From contig DASTKD010000594.1 of the NCBI GenBank assembly GCA_035716135.1, forward strand, positions 1 through 51,966: a stretch of 51,966 bases of DNA. The letters run 5' to 3'. Below, one piece after another: positions 44,197 through 51,966 of the stretch. Under the pieces are notes generated by a model. The model saw only the letters and a list, made by a program, of their open reading frames with translations. It was not told where the DNA came from and ran no database searches. The position numbers were made by a program, and so were the translations under genes. The stretch is from Ktedonobacteraceae bacterium (GTDB lineage Bacteria > Chloroflexota > Ktedonobacteria > Ktedonobacterales > Ktedonobacteraceae). The stretch's first letter is position 1, and every line of letters begins with the position of its first letter.

Positions 44197-47100
44197 ATGT
44201 CCGATAGTGGAGAGCGCGATGGGCAACAGCTCGGCAACTATCGTCTTACACAGCTATTGGGGCGAGGAAACTTTGCCGATGTGTACCTGGGGCAGCATGT
44301 TCACCTGCATACCCAGGCCGCCATCAAAATGCTGCATGGGCGGCTCACCGATAATGACCTGGCAAACTTCATTAACGAAGCGCGTGTCATTGCGCACTTA
44401 CGGCATCTTCACATCGTTCAGGTATTGGACTTTGGTGTCGAGGATACCACCCCTTTCCTTGTGATGGAATACGCGCCCAATGGCAATCTGCGCCAGCGTC
44501 ATCCGCAAGGAACACGCCTCGCGCTCGAAACGGTGCTGTCCTACGTGCGGCAGATTGCTGACGCATTGCAGTTCGCGCACGATCAAGACCTTATACACCG
44601 CGACATCAAACCAGAAAATATGTTGTTAGGTCGCAACAACGAAGTGTTGTTGAGCGATTTTGGCATTGCCATCATGTATCCTGGCGTGCGCTCTCGCCCA
44701 GATCAGGATACTGCCGGAACGGTTCCCTACATGGCCCCGGAGCAACTCCAGGCCCACGCGTTACCGGCCAGCGATCAATACGCGCTGGGCATCGTGACCT
44801 ATGAATGGCTGTGCGGGGAACGTCCATTCAACGGCACTCTGCCGGAAATCGCCGTCAAACACTCGCTTGTCCCTCCACCATCATTACGCGAGCGTGTTAC
44901 AACCGTCTCACCCGCCATCGAGCAGGTGATTCTGAAAGCGTTGGCGAAGAACCCCGCGCAACGCTTTGAACGCATCCAAGATTTCGCGCAGGCACTGGAG
45001 GAGGCCAGCAAAGCTGGATCGCCAGAGTACACGCATCCCCTCAAGGCCACCGGTACCTATTTTAGCAATCTGCCTGCCCAGCTTACCTCGCTGATCGGAC
45101 GAGAGCAAGAGCTAATAGCCGCTTGCAACCTGCTACAACGCTCAGATGTGCGCCTTGTCACCATCACAGGAACGGGCGGCATCGGCAAAACGCGCCTGAG
45201 CCTGGAAGTCGGGGCCGAATTATTGCACGCTTTCAGCGAAGGCGTGTATTTTGTTCCCCTGGCCTCGATCAACGATCCCGCGCTCGTTATTCCCACCATT
45301 GCGCACACGCTCGGCCTGCAACATCGATACACAGGTAGACAACAGCCGCCGACAGAACACATGAATTATCTAAAAACGTCCCTGCGCGAGAAGCGTTGTC
45401 TGCTGCTGCTCGACAACTTCGAGCAGGTAGTAAGCGCCGCACCTGAGATTGCTGAACTGCTTTCCACCTGCCCGCCTTTGAAAATACTCGTTACCAGCCG
45501 CTCAGCGCTCCACATTCAGGGCGAACATGAATTTCCGTTGCCGCCCCTGGCCTTGCCCGGCAGCGCATCTCCGTTGCCTGTACATGAACTCACACAATAT
45601 GCCGCCATCGCGCTCTTTCTACAACGAGCGATGGCGATCAAGCCCGACTTCGATGTCACTACCGCCAATGTACAAACCATCGCCATGATCTGCCGGCGAC
45701 TGGACGGTTTGCCCCTGGCGATTGAACTGGCAGCCGCGCGCGTCAAATTGCTGCCGCCACAGGCGCTCCTCCAACGCTTGATTCACCCGCTGAATATACT
45801 GACCAGCGGCAGGCAGAACGCGCCTGAGCGTCATCAGACCCTGCGCAATACCATCGGCTGGAGCTACCACCTGCTCAATGCCGTCGAGCAACAAATTTTT
45901 CGTCGCATCGCCGTTTTCGTCGGCAGTTGTTCATTAGAAGCAATCGAGTCGCTTTATAGCACCTATCCTGATAGAGCAGCGCTGGTGTTGGATGGTGTAT
46001 CCTCCCTGATCGATAAGAGCCTGCTGCGACAAATCGAGCAGGGAGACGAACCGCGACTCGTCATGTTAGAAACTATCCGCGAATATGCCCTGGAAATGCT
46101 CGAAGCGAATGGCGAAGAGCGCATGATCCATTATGCCCATGCCGTATATTACCTGGCACTGGCGGAGGAATCGGAACGGGAACTGGTCGGTCCCCGGCAG
46201 GCAATCTGGTTGGAGCGCCTTGAGCGGGAACACGATAACCTGCGCGCGGCATTAGACTGGTCGCTACAGCATGATGATGATTACAACGAAACGCAGCGCA
46301 GCATGGAAATAGCCCTGCGCCTGACAGGAGCGCTGCGGCGGTTCTGGCAGATGCATGGACACCTGCAAGAGGGGCAGATCTTTACAGAACGCGCATTGTC
46401 AGCGAGCGAAGGCATCGTGGTGTCGGTACAGGCGCGGGCGAGAGCCTTGATCGCCGCCGGAACGCTGGCCTCTACCCAGAATGATTATGATCGAACCGAA
46501 GCCTACTGCCAGGAAAGCCTGCTCTTGTTCCGGGAATTGGGAGATCAGCAAGGCATCGCCCTTTCGCTCTTTCTTTTAAGCGTGGTTCCCTGGATGAAAG
46601 GCGATAAAGTGGCGGCGCGTTCGCGGGCGGAAGAAGCCCTGGCCGTCTTTCGAGAAATGGGCGACAGGGAACGCATCGCCTGGTCGCTCGCCAATGTGGG
46701 TCTGCTCGATATGCAGGAAGAAAAGTATGCCAGCGCGCGCGCCCACTTCGAGGAGGGGCTGGCAGTACACAGAAAGTCAGGCGACAAACGCGGCACTGCT
46801 ACCCTGCTCTTGCGCCTGGCACAACTCCTTTTTACTTCCCAGGGCGACCAGGCGGTACTGCACGCACTGCTCGATGAAGGACTGGCGCTTTACAATGAGC
46901 TGGGCGAGAAAGAGGGCATAGCAAATATATACGCCCTCTCTGGACAGATCGCTTTCAGCCAGGGAGATACTGCTATCGCTCGTTTGCGGCTCGAAGAGAG
47001 TATCCAGCTCTACCGGGAGATAGGGCAACGCAGGGTACTTGGCGAGTCGCTTGCAATGCTGGCACGAGTTGCTATAGCACAGGGAGAGCGAACAGAAGCG

Positions 47101-47679
47101 CGTCTCCTGTATGACGAGAGCCGGGAGATTGCCAGGGACACGAATCATATGCTGCTGATTGCTGCCTGCCTGGAAGGGCGGGCCAGCATGGCCGTTGAAG
47201 AGAATCAATCAGCGTGGGCCGCGCAACTGTGGGGCGCGGCAGAGGCTCTGCGGGAAAGCATTAAAGTAGCTCTCCCTCCCATCGATCGCGCAGATTACGA
47301 ACGCTCGGTTGCCACCGCGCGTACCCGCCTGGGAGAGCAAGACTTTACAGCCGCGTGGAGAGAGGGACGCTCTATGACACCAGAGCAAGCCTTCGCAGCG
47401 CAGGGGCGTGTGAGAGTTACGCCAGCGACCGTCCCTGTCCCGCTTCCAGCGACCGCTCCCGCCGCCACTCTATCATCAGCCAATCCCGCCGGGCTGACGG
47501 CGCGGGAAGTCGAGGTATTGCGCCTGGTAGTAGAGGGCCTGACCAGCGGCGAGATTGCGCGCAAGTTAAAGATTAGCGAAAAAACGGTCGCTCACCATCT
47601 CACCCACATCTTTAACAAAACGAGCAGCGAAAACCGCGCAGCCGCCGTGGCCTTTGCCATACGTCACGGGCTGGCCTGA
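44197..47679 (+). CDS. fusion protein: Hanks Ser/Thr kinase + NB-ARC/STAND P-loop ATPase + TPR array + LuxR-type HTH
   Basis: Kinase: LGRGNFADVYLG..AIKML, HRDIKPENML, DFGIA, PYMAPEQ. Walker A ITGTGGIGKTRL and Walker B LLLLDNFE. About 400 aa of TPR-like repeats. C-terminal LTAREVEVLRLVVEGLTSGEIARKLKISEKTVAHHLTHIFNK. SD GAGGAGG before the ATG. Confidence 0.9.
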   Translation: MSDSGERDGQQLGNYRLTQLLGRGNFADVYLGQHVHLHTQAAIKMLHGRLTDNDLANFINEARVIAHLRHLHIVQVLDFGVEDTTPFLVMEYAPNGNLRQRHPQGTRLALETVLSYVRQIADALQFAHDQDLIHRDIKPENMLLGRNNEVLLSDFGIAIMYPGVRSRPDQDTAGTVPYMAPEQLQAHALPASDQYALGIVTYEWLCGERPFNGTLPEIAVKHSLVPPPSLRERVTTVSPAIEQVILKALAKNPAQRFERIQDFAQALEEASKAGSPEYTHPLKATGTYFSNLPAQLTSLIGREQELIAACNLLQRSDVRLVTITGTGGIGKTRLSLEVGAELLHAFSEGVYFVPLASINDPALVIPTIAHTLGLQHRYTGRQQPPTEHMNYLKTSLREKRCLLLLDNFEQVVSAAPEIAELLSTCPPLKILVTSRSALHIQGEHEFPLPPLALPGSASPLPVHELTQYAAIALFLQRAMAIKPDFDVTTANVQTIAMICRRLDGLPLAIELAAARVKLLPPQALLQRLIHPLNILTSGRQNAPERHQTLRNTIGWSYHLLNAVEQQIFRRIAVFVGSCSLEAIESLYSTYPDRAALVLDGVSSLIDKSLLRQIEQGDEPRLVMLETIREYALEMLEANGEERMIHYAHAVYYLALAEESERELVGPRQAIWLERLEREHDNLRAALDWSLQHDDDYNETQRSMEIALRLTGALRRFWQMHGHLQEGQIFTERALSASEGIVVSVQARARALIAAGTLASTQNDYDRTEAYCQESLLLFRELGDQQGIALSLFLLSVVPWMKGDKVAARSRAEEALAVFREMGDRERIAWSLANVGLLDMQEEKYASARAHFEEGLAVHRKSGDKRGTATLLLRLAQLLFTSQGDQAVLHALLDEGLALYNELGEKEGIANIYALSGQIAFSQGDTAIARLRLEESIQLYREIGQRRVLGESLAMLARVAIAQGERTEARLLYDESREIARDTNHMLLIAACLEGRASMAVEENQSAWAAQLWGAAEALRESIKVALPPIDRADYERSVATARTRLGEQDFTAAWREGRSMTPEQAFAAQGRVRVTPATVPVPLPATAPAATLSSANPAGLTAREVEVLRLVVEGLTSGEIARKLKISEKTVAHHLTHIFNKTSSENRAAAVAFAIRHGLA

Positions 47680-47833
47680 ACCCGTTATAGGTATTTCTTC
47701 GCATAACACATTGGCCCGAAAACGCCCGAAATTCTTCTCGAAATGCGAATTTCTCCCGATGTTTTGCGCATCCATTTGCGGTTACACTTCTCTCATTCAA
47801 TGGTTCAGTCAGTGTCAAAAGAGATAACAACTC

Positions 47834-48376
47834 ATGCCAACATGCGCAACACAACAACGGGATGAGCCTGGCATTGCAGAGTTCCAGGCACTCTACCAGG
47901 AGAATCTGGGCAGCGTGTATCGCTTTGTCTATAAAAGTCTAAGGAACCGGGAAGAAGCCGAGGACCTGACCTCACAAATATTCGTCAAGGCCCTGCGTTT
48001 TCTCGATTCTGAGCGCAGTACTCGTAGCGTGCGCAACTGGCTCTTTCAGATCGCGCATACCACCATCGCCGACTACTGGCGAGCTTATTATCGCGCCCAA
48101 AACAGTTCATTAGAAGTACGACTGGAAGCCGGTTGGGAAGGCCCCACTGAAGATGTGGTGTTGGAGTCAAACGATCATGCATCCGAACACGTACAAACCC
48201 TCTTGCAGGCTTTACCCGAGCGCTATCGAGAGGTGCTGAGCTGCCGTTTCCTGCTCAATCTCTCTATCCGCGAAACCGCTGAAACAATGGGTGTGTCAGA
48301 AGCCAACGTGAAAACCCTGCAATTTCGCGCCCTGAAACGCGCTGCTGGCATGGGCAAGTTCTTCATCAACCCGTAA
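47834..48376 (+). CDS. ECF-type sigma-70 factor
   Basis: Region 2 (YRFVYKSLRNREEAEDLTSQIFVKAL...WLFQIAHTTIADYWR) and region 4 (LPERYREVLSCRFLLNLSIRETAETMGVSEANVKTLQFRALKR). Confidence 0.85.
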   Translation: MPTCATQQRDEPGIAEFQALYQENLGSVYRFVYKSLRNREEAEDLTSQIFVKALRFLDSERSTRSVRNWLFQIAHTTIADYWRAYYRAQNSSLEVRLEAGWEGPTEDVVLESNDHASEHVQTLLQALPERYREVLSCRFLLNLSIRETAETMGVSEANVKTLQFRALKRAAGMGKFFINP

Positions 48377-48385
48377 AGAATGCGC

Positions 48386-49075
48386 TTATTCGCTCGACTG
48401 GAAGCGATAACCGATTTTGGGTTCGTTGTGGATGAAGTGACAGCCAGCAGGAGTCTCGATTTTTTTGCGCAGGCGATTGACGTAGACGTGGATGTTTTTG
48501 CGCTCAGAAATATCCTCATCCTCCCACACCTGCGAGTAGATGATTTCATAGGTGACTGTCCTGCCTGCATTCGTCACCAGCACATATAACAATTCATATT
48601 CGGTATAGGTCAGGTTTATATCTTCACCATTGACCTTCACCTGTCGCTCGGCGAAATTCACTTCCAATGGTCCAGCTTTGAAGCTACGACGCTCCGCGCC
48701 TGCACGCATACGTGCCGCAAGTCGAAATTGATTCTTAATCCGTTGCAGCAGTTCACTCATATAAAACGGTTTGGCAACATAATCATCGGCGCACTGCTCG
48801 AGTGCGCTCACCTTTTCGCGCTCACCCGTTTTGACCGAGACAATAATGATGGGTAAAGTTGGATAGACCGAACGGAACTCGTTACATACGCACAACCCGC
48901 TCATATCTGGCAATTTGAGGTCTAGCAATACCAGGTCAACATGGTGATGCGCGATGATGTCCAATGCTTCCCGTCCCCGTTGAGCCGTGTACACCTCGTA
49001 GCGCTCGCGTTCCAGGTTCTGCTTTAACTGCCGCATAGTTGTATCACGGTCTTCGACCACCAGAATCTTTTTCAT
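48386..49075 (-). CDS. OmpR/PhoB-family response regulator (KdpE-like)
   Basis: Receiver domain (ILVVEDRD...DLVLLDLKLPDMSG...K) plus a winged-helix domain (LTYTEYELLYVL...GYRF). Confidence 0.9.
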   Translation of the reverse strand: MKKILVVEDRDTTMRQLKQNLERERYEVYTAQRGREALDIIAHHHVDLVLLDLKLPDMSGLCVCNEFRSVYPTLPIIIVSVKTGEREKVSALEQCADDYVAKPFYMSELLQRIKNQFRLAARMRAGAERRSFKAGPLEVNFAERQVKVNGEDINLTYTEYELLYVLVTNAGRTVTYEIIYSQVWEDEDISERKNIHVYVNRLRKKIETPAGCHFIHNEPKIGYRFQSSE

Positions 49076-49087
49076 GCTGCGACGCTC

Positions 49088-50854
49088 CTATGTGTTGATT
49101 GGCAACGTAAATTGAAAAATGGCTCCCCCATTTTCGCGGTTATCAACCCAGATACGCCCCCCATGCGCTTTCACATAACCCCGGCATACGGCCAGCCCCA
49201 GACCCGACCCTTGCGCTGCTCCTACCCCCTCAACCTGACGCTGTATGCGATAGAACGGCTCGAAGATACGCTCCATTTCTGAGCGCGGAATACCCGGTCC
49301 GCGATCAGCAACGCTGACCAGTACTTCGTTCTTAGCAGCCTGCGCGCTCACTTCAATCGGCGACTCCGGCGGTGTATGGCGAATCGCGTTCTCGATTAAA
49401 TTCGCCAGTACTTGAGCGATCAAAACCGGGTCCAACTCCACCGCAGGAACACCATCAGGGATAGTTCTCTCAATACGCCGCCCTTGCTTCAGGGAGCGCA
49501 GGTGTCCCTCGTCCAGAGCTAAAAGCACGACTTCTTCAATTGGATACAATTCCCATTCAGGGGTAAGAGCATTATGGTCGATGCGCGAGAGAGCCAGCAT
49601 CCTGTCAACAATGCGCTCCAACCATTCTGTTTCGCTGACAATATCTTGCAATGCAATACGATATGCGGCTTCGTCTTCCCAGGGATGAACCTGGTTGAGC
49701 AAGCCACTGGCCGCACCCCTTATTAATGTCAATGGTGTATTAAAATCATGCGAGACAGAAGAAATAATGGCTGTATGCAACTCCTCAGCGCGTCTCTGCA
49801 ATTCCTGGCGCAGATTCAAAGCGCGTTCAATCAATGACTGCTCTATCATAAAGACGGTCTGGTCGCACAAATGTGAAAAAAGCTCTGCATGGATACCGGT
49901 GAAATCTGTTTCACCTCTGAGAATGCTCTTAATTGCCGTCAGTTCGACATGGGAAGTTTCTTGCACATAGAGACGCATGACCGCCAGTGTCTGCCCGCCG
50001 GAGCCGGAGAACAGGGGCATCAGATAGGTGCATTTATGCTCGCACAGTTCGCTATCCGCATTGTTGATGACAACTCTGCGCAGATAACTACTTTTTGTGT
50101 GAGAAACGAGAGGAAGGTCAGGCAATGTGAGCGATTGACCATGCTTCATAACCCATCTCACACTCGCTTCATCGCCGGGAGAAAGTTCCGGCATATTATT
50201 TCCCCCGGAGGACACCGTCCACATCGAGGCGGCTCCATCCGGGTCCAGGAGATAAAACGCGCAGCCTCGTATGCCGCAGAAGTAAAAAGTACCGGCGACA
50301 GTCTGTGCCATCTGCCTCAATTGCTCTTTCAGATCTTTCTGTTCTCTGGTGACATACCTTATAACATCATACACGGCACGAAATTCATCGTCACGGCGGT
50401 TCACCTCGGTTTTTTGCTCCTGCAAACGCTCCTCAAAACGAATGTTCTCCAAATCATTGAGCTGTTTTGTTTGTTTCACCAGCTTACGGTGCTGCGCAAA
50501 AATCCAATTTGCCAGTGATGCTACAACCAGGAAGACACAAAGATCTAATGCATCTTGCCAATCAGCCAGCCAGAAGGAATAGATCGGGGCGAGCAGGAAG
50601 AAATCAAAAGCCAGGCAAGCCAGCACAGCGGCTAGAATGGCAACCCTGGTACTTTTTCGCGCCAGAAGAAGTACAATAATAAGGTACACAAGGAGTACCG
50701 TTGCAAGAGCGACGCGCGCGCGTGGGTGCAGTAAATACGCTGGAACGGTGACGATTGCCACAAAGAGTATGGCAACGAGGATATCGATCAAGAGAAGTTT
50801 CCACCACTCCCTGTGTCGCAAGCGTGGCATGAGCGCGTATCTGAACCAATGCAT
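49088..50854 (-). CDS. sensor histidine kinase, KdpD C-terminal type (DUF4118 4-TM + GAF-like + HisKA + HATPase_c), lacking the KdpD N-terminal domains
   Basis: Four TM helices after ATG 50854 (AGGAG SD). H-box SSVSHDFNTPLTLIRG. N/G boxes (NLIENAIRHTP, DRGPGIP, GSGLGLAV). The track TTG start at 50953 is an alternative. Confidence 0.85.
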   Translation of the reverse strand: MHWFRYALMPRLRHREWWKLLLIDILVAILFVAIVTVPAYLLHPRARVALATVLLVYLIIVLLLARKSTRVAILAAVLACLAFDFFLLAPIYSFWLADWQDALDLCVFLVVASLANWIFAQHRKLVKQTKQLNDLENIRFEERLQEQKTEVNRRDDEFRAVYDVIRYVTREQKDLKEQLRQMAQTVAGTFYFCGIRGCAFYLLDPDGAASMWTVSSGGNNMPELSPGDEASVRWVMKHGQSLTLPDLPLVSHTKSSYLRRVVINNADSELCEHKCTYLMPLFSGSGGQTLAVMRLYVQETSHVELTAIKSILRGETDFTGIHAELFSHLCDQTVFMIEQSLIERALNLRQELQRRAEELHTAIISSVSHDFNTPLTLIRGAASGLLNQVHPWEDEAAYRIALQDIVSETEWLERIVDRMLALSRIDHNALTPEWELYPIEEVVLLALDEGHLRSLKQGRRIERTIPDGVPAVELDPVLIAQVLANLIENAIRHTPPESPIEVSAQAAKNEVLVSVADRGPGIPRSEMERIFEPFYRIQRQVEGVGAAQGSGLGLAVCRGYVKAHGGRIWVDNRENGGAIFQFTLPINT

Positions 50855-50965
50855 GAGATATGCTCCTGTTCTCTCCCTTAGCGCGGAAGCAAAAAGATAC
50901 AGTAAAAGCATAATTGCTACAAAATGCACTGTCAATAGAGACGGGCAAAGCAATCATACGCTACA

Positions 50966-51535
50966 TTACTCATCACTCAGCAGGCGCTTGAATATAAGGA
51001 GCAATTGCTTGCGCGCCAGGCTGATATACGTACTGACGCTGGTTACTCTGATACCCATCATGCAGGCGATTTCACAGGGATGATACCCGCAAACGACGCG
51101 CAAAACCAGGCAATAGCGCAAATTGGGAGCAAGTTCTGCCAGTGCCAGGCGCATCAATTCAAAAGTGGCAGTGCGTTCTTCGGGGCCGCATGTACTCAGA
51201 TCAAGACTATCGCCGACCAATTCCTCCAGGTACACGCATGATAGTTTCTTTGCGCGCCAGTGATCGCGCATCAAGTTCCTGGCAATCGAAAAAAGCCAGA
51301 CATTGAAATACGCGCTATGCTGAAGACTTGCCAGGTTAAGCCACGCTTTGAAAAATACTTGCTGGACATAATCGCTGGCATCCTCATGATTTCCCAGCAA
51401 GCTCACCAAATACCTGTAAACAGGGCCTTCGTAACGCCTTACAAGCAGATCAAAAGCCTCCATACTGCCCGCCTGGGCGCGCTGCACCAGTAGCGGAACA
51501 TCCGCGTCACCTATCGTGTCAATAGTTGCTATCAT
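50966..51535 (-). CDS. ECF-type sigma-70 factor, first gene of the sigma-HK-RR string
   Basis: Region 2 (FDLLVRRYEGPVYRYLVSLLGNHEDASDYVQQVFFKAW...VWLFSIARNLMRDHWR) and region 4 (LAPNLRYCLVLRVVCGYHPCEIACMMGIRVTSVSTYISLARKQL). ATG 51535 with AAAGGA upstream. Confidence 0.85.
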   Translation of the reverse strand: MIATIDTIGDADVPLLVQRAQAGSMEAFDLLVRRYEGPVYRYLVSLLGNHEDASDYVQQVFFKAWLNLASLQHSAYFNVWLFSIARNLMRDHWRAKKLSCVYLEELVGDSLDLSTCGPEERTATFELMRLALAELAPNLRYCLVLRVVCGYHPCEIACMMGIRVTSVSTYISLARKQLLLIFKRLLSDE

Positions 51536-51966
51536 AGCTGCACATCCTTTCATATCGAGAGTTTTTCTCAACAGCTGGACCTACCAGAATAGCATGTGAC
51601 ATGCTCCTTGCATAGCATACGCGAAGATTATGTACAGCTTCTTACAATTTGATGATAATTTCTCAATTTATTCTAAATTTTGGCCTGCTTATCACAAATT
51701 TCTCATGATTTCCACCATGATAGACGCAGATATATTCAAAACATCAAAGCTCCCGCGTACATTCTTTTTGAAAATTACCATAGACAGCTCTGTCACTTTT
51801 TTGTTCAGTCTGCCAATTGGACAAAATGATACCTCTGTGATACCCCCGTGCTATCTGCACTTCCCCTTTCCTCTGGTAAAGTTACTTGCAAAAGGGAGCA
51901 ATATTGTCTCTCTCTAATAGGAACTAATGAACATTTCCAATCAAAATCGGCCCTGTCATCCTGAGC

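Noticed and set aside
51630-51917. 95-aa plus-strand ORF in the terminal AT-rich region, and a possible gene start at ATG 51928
   Set aside because: The translation is Phe/Ile/Lys-rich, as expected from AT-rich non-coding DNA, with no SD. The 51928 start has only 13 codons inside the window, too few to support a call.
1-51966. Window-wide search for CRISPR arrays, rRNA, other tRNAs, reverse transcriptase or retron, integrase, toxin-antitoxin pairs, and restriction-modification or other named defence genes
   Set aside because: I saw no regularly spaced short repeats, no rRNA-like segments and no second tRNA T-arm/acceptor pattern. None of the ORF translations carried the signature motifs of those families. 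Absence is by eye only and should be confirmed with tRNAscan-SE, Infernal, DefenseFinder or PADLOC.

Overview
Bacterial chromosomal window, moderately GC-rich by eye and gene-dense on both strands. I support about 40 CDS, one tRNA-Sec (selC), several decayed genes (a Tn3-type transposase N-terminus, two copies of an IS 3' end, an MFS stub), three long perfect hairpins and a few repeat or operator-like sites. The gene repertoire looks to me like a Ktedonobacteria-type Chloroflexota genome: LuxR-HTH STAND regulators sharing one N-terminal module, Hanks kinases, zinc-ribbon low-complexity proteins, a WD40 lipoprotein and transposase debris. That is an impression, not a search result.

I see no rRNA, CRISPR array, prophage, canonical biosynthetic cluster or known defence system. 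All family calls come from motifs I recognise in the supplied translations; no HMM or BLAST search was possible. Many ORF-track starts looked too long, so I moved them to the first start codon with a Shine-Dalgarno sequence.

The candidates I rank highest for something undescribed are:
- A single 1160-aa polypeptide fusing Hanks kinase, NB-ARC/STAND ATPase, TPR and LuxR HTH (44197-47679).
- An XRE-HTH/TPR (RRNPP-like) regulator translationally coupled to an atypical HFCD flavoprotein (449-2381).
- A LAL regulator, then a 57-bp-period direct repeat, then a small unknown protein and a redox operon (9386-15864).
- A 4.8-kb cassette (paralogous LAL plus split DUF1214/DUF1254) bracketed by inverted copies of the same IS 3' end (38614-44013).
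- An M16 peptidase / TPR-IDR-TPR / Roadblock operon whose disordered region carries about 15 regularly embedded Trp motifs (3726-8180).
- selC with its own promoter (25184-31).

None of these is proven. Each is given with a test and a refutation criterion.
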